The notes under the pieces are model-generated. The model made no database searches and was not told the origin of the DNA. It saw nothing but the letters and a program-made list of their open reading frames with translations. Below are positions 37,561 through 47,003 of a DNA stretch of 64,000 nucleotides, one piece after another; position 1 is the stretch's first letter; each line of letters starts with the position of its first letter. The position numbers were made by a program, and so were the translations under genes. This DNA is from Nitrosarchaeum sp. (lineage in GTDB: Archaea; Thermoproteota; Nitrososphaeria; Nitrososphaerales; Nitrosopumilaceae): the NCBI GenBank assembly GCA_965223865.1, contig OZ245020.1:384001-448000 (forward strand), written 5' to 3'.

Positions 37561-38463
37561 CTGATCTCAATTATTGGAGCTGGTAGAGTTGGGACATCAA
37601 TTGCCTTTCTTTGTGCATCAAATTCTTTAGATGATATTTTACTTGTAAATAGAACAAAAAGTAAAGCTATTGGAGAAGCATTAGATATTTCAAATGCCAT
37701 TCCTGCAAATTCTACTATTTCAGTACTAGGGACAGATGACTATTCGAAAATTGCAAGATCTAAAATTATTGTGATTACTGCAAGTACTGGGATTTACTTG
37801 AAAAATAGAACTGAGATGATAGACGCCCAAGTTATAATGATTAAGGAAATTGCAAATAAAATCAAAAACTATTGTAATAATGCAATAGTTTTGATAATTT
37901 CAAATCCTTTAGATGTTCTAACATATTTCTTTCAAAAAGAAACTCAATTTTCAAGAAAAAAAGTTATTGGAATAGCCTCAAGCTTAGATTCTAGCAGGTT
38001 TAGGTATATTCTTTCAGAAAAATTGAAAGTAAACCAATCACAAATTTCTAATGCAATAGTTTTGGGAGAACATGGTAATACTTTAGTCCCTTTATTTTCT
38101 CATGTAAAAATTAATGGAAAAAATTCATTAGAACTACTTGATTCAAATCAACAAGAAAAAATTTCAAAACAAGTCAAAGATTACTGGAAAACATTGAGAA
38201 ATTTCAAGAGTCGCTCACAATTTGGCATTGCTAAAAATACTTTTGATGTAATTGAGGCTATTCTCAAAAACAACGAATTGGCAATACCTGCATCTGTTGT
38301 GATAGATGGAGAATTTGGTGAACATGATGTTTGTATGGGAGTCCCTGTTGTTATTAATGAGAATGGAGTTTCACAAATTCAAGAGATGGCATTGAGTAAA
38401 TCTGAGAGTGATTCCTTAAAAATCTCCGCTCAAACTATACGAAATTACATTAAATCGGTCTAA
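37561..38463 (+). CDS. Lactate/malate dehydrogenase superfamily protein
   Basis: CTG at 37561 gives MISIIGAGRVG (Rossmann motif missing from the ORF-track call); SNPLD, LDSSR, LGEHG. Confidence 0.88.
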   Translation: MISIIGAGRVGTSIAFLCASNSLDDILLVNRTKSKAIGEALDISNAIPANSTISVLGTDDYSKIARSKIIVITASTGIYLKNRTEMIDAQVIMIKEIANKIKNYCNNAIVLIISNPLDVLTYFFQKETQFSRKKVIGIASSLDSSRFRYILSEKLKVNQSQISNAIVLGEHGNTLVPLFSHVKINGKNSLELLDSNQQEKISKQVKDYWKTLRNFKSRSQFGIAKNTFDVIEAILKNNELAIPASVVIDGEFGEHDVCMGVPVVINENGVSQIQEMALSKSESDSLKISAQTIRNYIKSV

Positions 38464-38471
38464 ACAATTAA

Positions 38472-39155
38472 TCACATTACAAGAAAATGCAGTCCATATC
38501 CTACAAAATATGCAACGGTAGCTGCAATTCCTCCAATAATGAGAGTATACAAACCTGATCTAATTTTTGATTTTTTAACAATTTTTCCTTTAATCATTCC
38601 AACCAAAAAGAATGCCACAAGAACTGCAATTGTAGAGTAGAAAAAGGCTTCTGAATTTGGTTCAACTCCTATCATCATAAAAGCCATAAACGGAATCAAT
38701 GGAATCAATCCTATCAAATTAAAACCAACAAAAGTACTTACAGAACTATCCATCGGATTCTTTTCATCTTCAATTAATCCTAGTTCTTCTTTCATCATAG
38801 TGTCTACCCAAACTTTTCTTCTTGAGGTAATTATTCGTACAACTTCTTCTAACAATTCATCTTTGAATCCTTTTTTTCGATATATGTCTCGGATTTCATT
38901 TCTTTCTTGCTCTTCTAAATTATCAATCTCCCATTCCTCTTGCTTTCTTTTCATTTCAACAAATTCATTTCTAGCCTTTGAAGCTTGATAATTTGCTGCA
39001 GCCATAGAAAACCCGTCTGCAAATAAATTTGCAAATCCTAGAATTAAAATAATTCCAGAGGGTAATGATGCACCTACAACTCCAGCAACTATAGCAAAAG
39101 TCGTTACTGCTCCATCAATGGAACCATAAATAAAATCATCAAAATGCCACTTCAT
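38472..39155 (-). CDS. VIT1/CCC1 family Fe/Mn transporter
   Basis: YGSIDGAVTTF, ANLFADGFSMA, MMKEELG. Confidence 0.92.
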   Translation of the reverse strand: MKWHFDDFIYGSIDGAVTTFAIVAGVVGASLPSGIILILGFANLFADGFSMAAANYQASKARNEFVEMKRKQEEWEIDNLEEQERNEIRDIYRKKGFKDELLEEVVRIITSRRKVWVDTMMKEELGLIEDEKNPMDSSVSTFVGFNLIGLIPLIPFMAFMMIGVEPNSEAFFYSTIAVLVAFFLVGMIKGKIVKKSKIRSGLYTLIIGGIAATVAYFVGYGLHFLVM

Positions 39156-39201
39156 GATTGCAATTATGCCTTATTCATTGTTTTAATGTATTTTCAGGAG
39201 A

Positions 39202-40032
39202 TTATTTTATAATGGCTTTGATAATGTCTGTTTTACTAATAATGCCTGCAATTGATTCATTTCCGTCGAGTACAACCAAACCACTTACATTATTTTCTAA
39301 AATCAGTTTACTCGCATCAATTAAACTCTGATTGAATTTAATTGTGATTAATCCTTTAGTCATAACATCTCTTGCTAAAGAAATATTTCCAAATCCTTCC
39401 TCTGAAAGAAATCCTTTTCTGATTTGATCTGAGATAGTAAATCCTGAATCGTCTTCTTCACTACCCAATTCAATAGAAATTCTAAACAAATCTCTAAACG
39501 AAATCACTCCAACAGGATTTTCATTCTGATTCTTTACAATTATTCTTGATACTTTGCTTTCAAGCATTTTTCTTATTACTTTGAATAAAGGTGCTGCAGT
39601 ATGTGTATTGACATAGTCATGTGTCATATAGTCTACTATCTTGTTTTCATTTGAGAAATTATCAAAATAATATTTCACAAGATCAGTTTTAGTAAAAATT
39701 CCCTTTATTTCTGCTGAAGATCCAATTGCAAGTGAACTTATTCCATTTTCAATCATGGTTTTTGCAGAATTTTCAGGAGATAGCGATTCTTCTACATAGA
39801 AAATAGGCTTCATAATATTTGTAATAGGAATATTGTCTAATCCTTGCTTGGTTGTTTCAGAAAATAGGAACAAACCAACATCTTTTTCAGTTATTATGCC
39901 TATAGGTTTTTGATCTTCAACAACAATTAATCTACTAAGGTTATTTTCCAATAGTTTTTTGATTATCTCTGAAATGGTAGATCTTTTTAGAATTGTAATG
40001 GGTTTTTTAGAAAATTCTGAAACTGACATCAT
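39202..40032 (-). CDS. Four-CBS-domain protein
   Basis: GIITEKD, GIFTKTD, GVISFRD, GIISKTD. Confidence 0.92.
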   Translation of the reverse strand: MMSVSEFSKKPITILKRSTISEIIKKLLENNLSRLIVVEDQKPIGIITEKDVGLFLFSETTKQGLDNIPITNIMKPIFYVEESLSPENSAKTMIENGISSLAIGSSAEIKGIFTKTDLVKYYFDNFSNENKIVDYMTHDYVNTHTAAPLFKVIRKMLESKVSRIIVKNQNENPVGVISFRDLFRISIELGSEEDDSGFTISDQIRKGFLSEEGFGNISLARDVMTKGLITIKFNQSLIDASKLILENNVSGLVVLDGNESIAGIISKTDIIKAIIK

Positions 40033-40170
40033 TTAATCGGAATAAATTTTCTATAAAAACAATCAATATAATTTTCATTATTGAATGTAAATTTCTATGT
40101 AAAATAGATAACAAATTCCCAAATTGAAAATTGTAATCTTTTTTATATTTGAAGAATTTTATCTGAATTT

Positions 40171-40593
40171 ATGGCAAAGTTCAAAAAAATCCTTGTCCCA
40201 CTTGATGGTTCTGCTAATGCTAATCGTGGTTTAGATAGAGCTATAGAAATTGCAAAAGAGAGTGGCGCAGAAATTACTGGATTTTACGTATTTCATTTGC
40301 CACGTGTTGCAGGACTAAAATATACAAAAAAAATGCATGATGAAGCACAAGAGAAGGCTGTCAAAGCAATTGGACCGGCTATGAGACGTGTTCAAAAAGC
40401 AGGTGAAGTGTTCAAATACAAAACTGGTGGCGGTCATACGGGATCAGAAATTGTCAAACACGCTGAACAAGGCAAATATGACATGATTGTAATTGGTGCA
40501 AGAGGAATGGGAGCTACTAAAGAAGCATTCTTGGGAAGTACCTCTAATTATGTAATGCACAAAACAAAAATTCCTGTTTTAGTGGTAAAATAG
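40171..40593 (+). CDS. Universal stress protein
   Basis: KILVPLDGS, DMIVIGARG, FLGSTS. Confidence 0.93.
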   Translation: MAKFKKILVPLDGSANANRGLDRAIEIAKESGAEITGFYVFHLPRVAGLKYTKKMHDEAQEKAVKAIGPAMRRVQKAGEVFKYKTGGGHTGSEIVKHAEQGKYDMIVIGARGMGATKEAFLGSTSNYVMHKTKIPVLVVK

Positions 40594-40689
40594 AAAAATT
40601 GGGATTTTCCCATTTCATTTTTCTTGATTATTTACTATTTAGAAAATCATCTGTTCAGTAAAAATACTATGAACTACTAACATAGAATA

Positions 40690-41160
40690 TTGAAGGATAG
40701 ATATTTTGTAATTATAGGATTAGTCATAGGGATGATAGGATTTGCTTCATTTATTGGCGTGATAGGTCAAGGAAATGTAAGACACGTTGAAATTTTTTGG
40801 CCTGAAAAAATTGAACAAACCGTTGCATTCAAAGACATAGATGATCAAATAAAATTAGTTGGAATTTCGGGTACTGCTGAAGATAATAACCCTACATTAA
40901 TTGTGAGAACAAGTTTTGCATATGTCCTTACCGTAGAAAATCATGGCAATCAACATCATAGATTGTACATTGAAGGATTTGATGTCCAAACAGATCTACT
41001 AGAACCTGGCCAAAGTGATACAATAACAATTTATCCAGATAAGGAAGGAATTTTTAATTATTATGACAAGAGAGAACGATTGTTACTACTAGGACAAATT
41101 AAATCAATTGAGGTAGTTCCATCTGATGGATTTACAGGTTTTCTAAAAGATATGATATAA
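40690..41160 (+). CDS. Membrane-anchored cupredoxin-fold protein lacking Cu ligands
   Basis: N-terminal TM; LTVEN..HHRLYI, LLEPGQSDTITIYPDKEGIFNYY; no Cys. Confidence 0.65.
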   Translation: MKDRYFVIIGLVIGMIGFASFIGVIGQGNVRHVEIFWPEKIEQTVAFKDIDDQIKLVGISGTAEDNNPTLIVRTSFAYVLTVENHGNQHHRLYIEGFDVQTDLLEPGQSDTITIYPDKEGIFNYYDKRERLLLLGQIKSIEVVPSDGFTGFLKDMI

Positions 41161-41246
41161 TAAAATAATATACTTGATTTTTTATAAAGTGAAAAACTAG
41201 AAGTATGGGAAATATGAAGAGTTTACCAAAAACATGAGAGATAGCT

Positions 41247-42401
41247 ATGGTAGAAAATAATTATGACATTTTAGGCATTACTGAGGGTTCAACAGAAAGG
41301 GAAATTCGTGATGCATTTAGACGACTAGCACTTCAATTTCACTCTGATCGAGGTGGAGAAAATGAACAATTTATAAAAATTAAACAAGCTTACGAAGATC
41401 TTAAAATTGGAAAAAAATATCCAGAAACTGATCTAGAAAAACTACAAAATGCTAGAGTATATTCAGGTGAATCTGAAGAAAATGTAAGAAGAAAAAACCA
41501 AATTCTTGGTCAACAGTTATCTAAAGAAATGCAAACTGCTGAGGAATGGTCCGCAGCTCTTAACAGATCTAATTCTACTGCTTCTAGATTATTTGGTTCA
41601 AAAACTCTTGGTGAAATTGAACTAGAAAGAAAAGCCAATGGCGCACTCTCCATTAAGGGAAATTTTATGGCTGGTAGTTTGAAATATGATGGACCAATAA
41701 TTATGCAGGGAAATATTACAAGTCCATCATGGACTGAAGAATTTAGAACACTAATTCATTTAACCAAAGGAGATTTCAAATTTCTTAATCCTCTTGAAAA
41801 TAAATACCGAATTGAAAATGGAGCACAAATTATTGTTGATAATGGCAATGTAGTTGTTGGAAACATTTTTGGAAGAAAATTCAAAGTCTCAGATTCTGAA
41901 GGAAGAGTTGGAGTTTATCAAACTCAGGAACATCGAACACATATCAGTGCTCCAAAAGGAAAAATAATTGCTGAAAATGTCGTAAATACTGTTTCTCTTG
42001 ATGCTGATTGTATAATTGCTCTAAATTTAGAGGATGATGTAAAGATTAAGGGTCGTGAAATTCTGATTTATGGTGGCAAGATAACATATGACACAGTAAT
42101 TGAATTAAAGAAAGATGGTTTTATAAGATTTTTTGAAAATTTTTCAATTCAAGGTCTTAGTAATGATGCAAAAATTAAACTAGAAAATGGAAAAGAAATT
42201 CCACTAGTTGATATTAAGACTAAAAAAATTAGAGATTTGGCCGATGAATTTGTTCCTAACAAAGATGATTATAGAAAAGATGTAACTATGGTAGGTAATG
42301 GATTTACAATTACATATGAAATGCTAAATAATCTCTCAAAGAAACCATCAAAACCCCAAAAATCAGGATGGGCTTCAAAGTTTGGCTTTTCAAGAAAATA
42401 A
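41247..42401 (+). CDS. J-domain protein with beta-rich C-terminal region
   Basis: YDILGI...IRDAFRRLALQFHSDRGG..QFIKIKQAYEDL. Confidence 0.85.
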   Translation: MVENNYDILGITEGSTEREIRDAFRRLALQFHSDRGGENEQFIKIKQAYEDLKIGKKYPETDLEKLQNARVYSGESEENVRRKNQILGQQLSKEMQTAEEWSAALNRSNSTASRLFGSKTLGEIELERKANGALSIKGNFMAGSLKYDGPIIMQGNITSPSWTEEFRTLIHLTKGDFKFLNPLENKYRIENGAQIIVDNGNVVVGNIFGRKFKVSDSEGRVGVYQTQEHRTHISAPKGKIIAENVVNTVSLDADCIIALNLEDDVKIKGREILIYGGKITYDTVIELKKDGFIRFFENFSIQGLSNDAKIKLENGKEIPLVDIKTKKIRDLADEFVPNKDDYRKDVTMVGNGFTITYEMLNNLSKKPSKPQKSGWASKFGFSRK

Positions 42402-42509
42402 TTTATTTGTTAATATTTCTCCCAAAATATTTTCTTTAAAATAACAAAAATTGTTTTTAAAATAAATAATCACCAAATTTACATATCAGTTTATCAAAAA
42501 AATAGTAAA

Positions 42510-43274
42510 TTGAATGTTATGATTTCATTAATTATTGGAGTTTTATCTTTCACATTACTGATAACTGTACCCTCTTTTGCAGTAGATAATTATGAGTTCA
42601 GAGGAAGTGGCATCTCTCTTGATTCAAATCTAGAAAATCCTCTCTTGTATAAAGCAAGCTTACGTTTGGAATTCACCAGTTTATCAGAAGTGGCAAAAGG
42701 TTCTATAATTCTCAAGTCTCAGGAAAATACTGTAGCAGCAAGAATGATTACAGAAGACTGGCATATTTCGTATAATGCTGATGGCTCTTTTATGGGTTCA
42801 GGTCCTGTTAGGACTTTACAAAATGCATACTATGATATGACAATTCAAGGAGAACGAAAGTATGTTGCAAATAATTGGTCAATGTGGGAAGCAGTTGGCG
42901 AATTAGAAGGAATAAATCAAGAAAAATATTCTTTAAGATTTATTGTTACAGGAGATGATAGATTTTCAACCACATCTCCTCCATTAGTTTCCACTATTGT
43001 TATCCCAACTGGAAATGCATTTGAACAAGAGTCCTCATCATACATTCCTGAAAAACCCACAGTGTTTAGAGGAACAATTGTTTCTTGGGTAAATCATGAT
43101 TCAGTAACTCACACTGTTCAAAGTCAAGATGGCCAAGGAAATGTTATTTCACTATTCAATAGTGATGTTCTGCAACCTGGAGATGAATTCAGCTATGATT
43201 TTGACGAGCCAGGCGTATATCATTATTTATGTACACTTCATCCATGGAGAACAGGCATAATTACGGTCATATGA
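42510..43274 (+). CDS. Secreted protein with C-terminal plastocyanin-like cupredoxin
   Basis: WVNHDSVTHTV...FDEPGVYHYLCTLHPWR. Confidence 0.85.
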   Translation: MNVMISLIIGVLSFTLLITVPSFAVDNYEFRGSGISLDSNLENPLLYKASLRLEFTSLSEVAKGSIILKSQENTVAARMITEDWHISYNADGSFMGSGPVRTLQNAYYDMTIQGERKYVANNWSMWEAVGELEGINQEKYSLRFIVTGDDRFSTTSPPLVSTIVIPTGNAFEQESSSYIPEKPTVFRGTIVSWVNHDSVTHTVQSQDGQGNVISLFNSDVLQPGDEFSYDFDEPGVYHYLCTLHPWRTGIITVI

Positions 43275-43317
43275 TCCACGAAGAATTGATATTCATATAG
43301 AAATACTGAAGAATTGA

Positions 43318-45072
43318 ATGGCAATTTTATTTAGTCTAGACAAAAAACTCATTCTTCTTGTGATGTCAGTTTCTGTGATTGCCCTATCCATTACTGCATA
43401 TCTAAGTTTTAACTATGCTGATGAAATTCTCAAAGAACGACAAGGCGAGCAACTATTTGGTGAATCTAGAGTTCGAGGTGATACCCTTAGATTACTTTTT
43501 GAGTCTCGTATTGAACAGAATAAAATATTAGCAAACGATCCAATGATTAGAATTCTTGTCAATGAATTAAACCAAACTCCTAATGATGAATTAGAAAAAA
43601 TTAAAGAAGAAAAACGTAGAATTTTTCTTACTCAAATCCAGGCATTTCAAGAATTAATTGGATTTTCAATTGGTTTTGAGGATGTAAAAGTCATAGATTC
43701 AAAAGGAAATCTCCTCTTTACTCTAGGTAGAGTTACAAGTACCAATTTCTTTGATGATCCTTTATTCAAAAAAGGACTAACTAAATCATTTGTTGATTTT
43801 GAACCTACTCCAACTGGAAAAAAAATGATTGTAGTTTCTCCAATTTTTGTTCAGGATAATAAAAAAAGTGATGAACCAACTGGAGTAATTATTTCTAGAA
43901 TGAGAACAGCTGCAATAGACAGTGTTTTACTTAATAGAAGTGGTTTGGGTGACACAGGAGAAGTCTACATTGTAAATGATGGATCTCTGATGTTATCTGA
44001 ATCCAGATTTATTGAAGATGTTATTTTTAAACAAAAAGTCAATACAATTCCTGTTGAAAAATGCTTTAGAGAAGGAGAAGAGCATATAGGATTTTATCCG
44101 GATTATCGGGAAATCAAAGTTTATGGTTCTTCATATTGTGCTGAGGATTTAGGATTTGTATTGTTAGCTGAAATTGATGAGGCAGAAACTGTAGAGCCTA
44201 TTTTAATTCTTCAAGATAGAATATTTCAAACAGGTCTATTAATTACAACTGGAATGGCAATTATAGCATTTGTCTTATCAAGAACAATGTCAAAACCGTT
44301 GATCAAGCTAAAAAATGCTGCTAACAAAGTTGCATATGGAAATTTTGATGTTAGAACAAACATCAAAACTAGAGATGAAATTGGAGAGTTATCCTATGCA
44401 TTTGACTCAATGGCTCAGAAATTGCAGGATTCTTTAATTGAGATTAAAGAAAAGGAGGATGTCATAAAAAAGCAAGAAGACATTCTTTTACAATTCTCTG
44501 ATTATAGTGAAAACTATTGTGTGTGTATGGTAGATATTATGGATTCAACCAAGATAACTTCAAAATTGTCTGATACACAAACTAGTGAATTCTATAAAAT
44601 ATTCCTAAACTCTATTGCTATTATTGTTAGAAAATTTGATGGAATTGTAGTCAAAAATATTGGTGATGCATTACTATTCTACTTTCCAGTAATTCATTCT
44701 GAACAAAAATCCATATTAAAAAAGTGTCTTGATTGTTGCTTAACTATAGGAGAATCACATGATGATATTGTAGCACAACTAAAACAAGAAAGACTTCCTG
44801 TTTTTAATTATAGGATAAGCGCAACTTATGGTGTGGTAAGGATTGCAAAAACATCCACATCTTCTGTAAATGATATTTTTGGAACAACAGTCAACAGATG
44901 TGCAAAAATTAATCGTTCGGCACCTCCTAATGGCTTGATAATTGGACAAGATTTTTATAATAATGCCAAAAGCCTAGATAATTTTACTTTTGAAAAAATT
45001 GAAAGAGATGTAGTTTCCACAGAACATGGATTTGAAGGTTACATTGTCTCAAGAAAAAACACCAAAAAATAA
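43318..45072 (+). CDS. Membrane sensor class III adenylate/guanylate cyclase (TM-Cache-TM-HAMP-cyclase)
   Basis: HAMP (KPLIKL...DEIGELSYAFDSM); cyclase MVDIMDST, VKNIGDA, NDIFGTTVN. Confidence 0.88.
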   Translation: MAILFSLDKKLILLVMSVSVIALSITAYLSFNYADEILKERQGEQLFGESRVRGDTLRLLFESRIEQNKILANDPMIRILVNELNQTPNDELEKIKEEKRRIFLTQIQAFQELIGFSIGFEDVKVIDSKGNLLFTLGRVTSTNFFDDPLFKKGLTKSFVDFEPTPTGKKMIVVSPIFVQDNKKSDEPTGVIISRMRTAAIDSVLLNRSGLGDTGEVYIVNDGSLMLSESRFIEDVIFKQKVNTIPVEKCFREGEEHIGFYPDYREIKVYGSSYCAEDLGFVLLAEIDEAETVEPILILQDRIFQTGLLITTGMAIIAFVLSRTMSKPLIKLKNAANKVAYGNFDVRTNIKTRDEIGELSYAFDSMAQKLQDSLIEIKEKEDVIKKQEDILLQFSDYSENYCVCMVDIMDSTKITSKLSDTQTSEFYKIFLNSIAIIVRKFDGIVVKNIGDALLFYFPVIHSEQKSILKKCLDCCLTIGESHDDIVAQLKQERLPVFNYRISATYGVVRIAKTSTSSVNDIFGTTVNRCAKINRSAPPNGLIIGQDFYNNAKSLDNFTFEKIERDVVSTEHGFEGYIVSRKNTKK

Positions 45073-45085
45073 ATTCAATCTAAGG

Positions 45086-45412
45086 TTAAATTAATTCTGT
45101 AGATTTTTCCTTTGTAGAAATATCATATGATTCTTCAATATTACTAACAAAGACTTTTCCATCGCCTTTTTCTCCTGTATGAGCTATATCTATTATTGCT
45201 GAAACTACAGATTGTACCATTGCATCTTGAACGACAGTAACAATAACATCTGTTGAATTAAATTCAATTTGATGACCTCCAATTACTGGTCGTTCACCTG
45301 AACCTTGTCCTAAAGACTGAATGAGAGTTACTCCTCCAACACCTGTTTTAGAAATGGCATCTACAACTTTCTTTGACATTTCACTTTGAACAATAGCCTC
45401 AATTCGCTTCAT
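45086..45412 (-). CDS. PII-family signal transduction protein (atypical)
   Basis: MKRIEAIV, GVGGVT, AHTGEKGDGKVFV. Confidence 0.9.
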   Translation of the reverse strand: MKRIEAIVQSEMSKKVVDAISKTGVGGVTLIQSLGQGSGERPVIGGHQIEFNSTDVIVTVVQDAMVQSVVSAIIDIAHTGEKGDGKVFVSNIEESYDISTKEKSTELI

Positions 45413-45495
45413 GCTAAGATTTTAAATTTAAACGATTTAAAAATATGCTTTCTATTATCACTGCTTTTTATTGATATCAAAATTGAAAATCAAGA

Positions 45496-46539
45496 TTGGA
45501 AATTGTACCAAATTTATATCAAAACCAATTCAGCAGAAATAATAGAGTGAATTATCTTTTCGTGATTTCAATTATCGGATTATTTTGTTCTATGTCCTCT
45601 GCTTTTGCTGAAGAATATGTGATTGATATTCCATTTGGCGCTTATAATCCAGAATTAAATACTCCTGCAGAAGTCTGGTATGATCCTCCTCAGATTTTCA
45701 TTACAATTGGTGATACAATTACTTGGTATAATGATGACAGAGAAGGTCACACAGTTACTAGTGGAGAAGGATCAGGAAGGTTTGGTTGGATGGATAATAA
45801 TTTTGGAACAACTGATGGACTTTTTGATAGTAATAGATTCATGCCTGGTGAATCCTGGTCATACAAATTTGAGGAATCTGGTACATTCTCATATTTTTGT
45901 ACGATTCATCCATGGATGGAAGGAGTTGTAATAGTTGAACAAAAAATCCCTGATTACCCACACGATGCTACAGGAAAAAAACTTGAATTTCCACTATTAA
46001 GCTATACTCCAGATAGAGACATTGAAGTTAATCTATCGTGGGATCCTCCTGTTATACGAACTCATGAAAAAATACAATTTGTATATCAATTTTATGATCC
46101 TCAAACAAATTCTAATCTTGCAAAAATGAAATATGATATCATAATCTTCCAAAATGGAAAAGAAGTTTTTCGTGATGAAGGACTAAACCAAATTGGCGGT
46201 GATTATAGAAATTTTGTCTTTAGCGATTCAGGTTCAATTATCATTAGAATAGAAGGAATTCATTCACCCTCAATTTTAGCAGAAGAAAGTGTTACTGTAG
46301 GAGGAGAGATTGAAAATAAAGCACAAAGGTCAGTAGATTTTACTGCCGTAGCATATGACAATCCAGAAAAAACTAGTCATGAAGTATATCATGTAAAACC
46401 AGCTCAGAGACTTGAAATTTACTATGAATTGATGTTACTTATCATTCTTGTTCCAGGTGCGTTATTTGCCATTGCATTACTTTGGTTAAAAAGAAAACCA
46501 GATACCCCACAAACCAAACCTGGTGCTGTTAAAATCTAA
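45496..46539 (+). CDS. Blue-copper (plastocyanin-like) protein with C-terminal TM anchor
   Basis: WYNDDREGHTVT...YFCTIHPWMEG; start uncertain. Confidence 0.88.
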   Translation: MEIVPNLYQNQFSRNNRVNYLFVISIIGLFCSMSSAFAEEYVIDIPFGAYNPELNTPAEVWYDPPQIFITIGDTITWYNDDREGHTVTSGEGSGRFGWMDNNFGTTDGLFDSNRFMPGESWSYKFEESGTFSYFCTIHPWMEGVVIVEQKIPDYPHDATGKKLEFPLLSYTPDRDIEVNLSWDPPVIRTHEKIQFVYQFYDPQTNSNLAKMKYDIIIFQNGKEVFRDEGLNQIGGDYRNFVFSDSGSIIIRIEGIHSPSILAEESVTVGGEIENKAQRSVDFTAVAYDNPEKTSHEVYHVKPAQRLEIYYELMLLIILVPGALFAIALLWLKRKPDTPQTKPGAVKI

Positions 46540-46574
46540 AATAATAAAAAGAAATTAAAAATGATTGAACTTTT

Positions 46575-46874
46575 CTAATCGATTAGTTCAGTCCAACCTT
46601 TGACGAAGACTGAGTTCTTATAGAGTGGAACTGGTTGTCCTACAGTAAAGTCCATTGGTCTCATCCAAAAGATTGCTTTTGTTGGGCATACACCAATGCA
46701 TGCACCATCAGAAATACATCTTTCTGGGTAAAATACAAATGCTTTACCTCTCTTCCAGCCTTCAACTGGTTTTACTCTAAGTACATCGGGTCCTAATGTA
46801 GTACAGATTTCAACACATAGTGCACATCCAATACACATTTGTTCACCGATGTCTGGAATAATTCCTACTGGCAT
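46575..46874 (-). CDS. Dicluster ferredoxin
   Basis: CIGCALCVEIC and CISDGACIGVCP. Confidence 0.92.
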   Translation of the reverse strand: MPVGIIPDIGEQMCIGCALCVEICTTLGPDVLRVKPVEGWKRGKAFVFYPERCISDGACIGVCPTKAIFWMRPMDFTVGQPVPLYKNSVFVKGWTELID

Positions 46875-47003
46875 AACGAAATAAACTCTGATTTTGATCT
46901 TAATATAACTTGCCCAAAAAATATGGATTATAACGGCGTTTCAATTTCTAAACGGTGTTATAAAATTTGATCGCATAATATCTGAACTTACTTTTGAACA
47001 AAT

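Noticed and set aside
36600-42430. Shared TTCYCA...TGRGAA operator across CBS/USP promoters
   Set aside because: Half-sites occur (36607, 40116, 40600, 41206) but spacing is inconsistent; needs motif-discovery software
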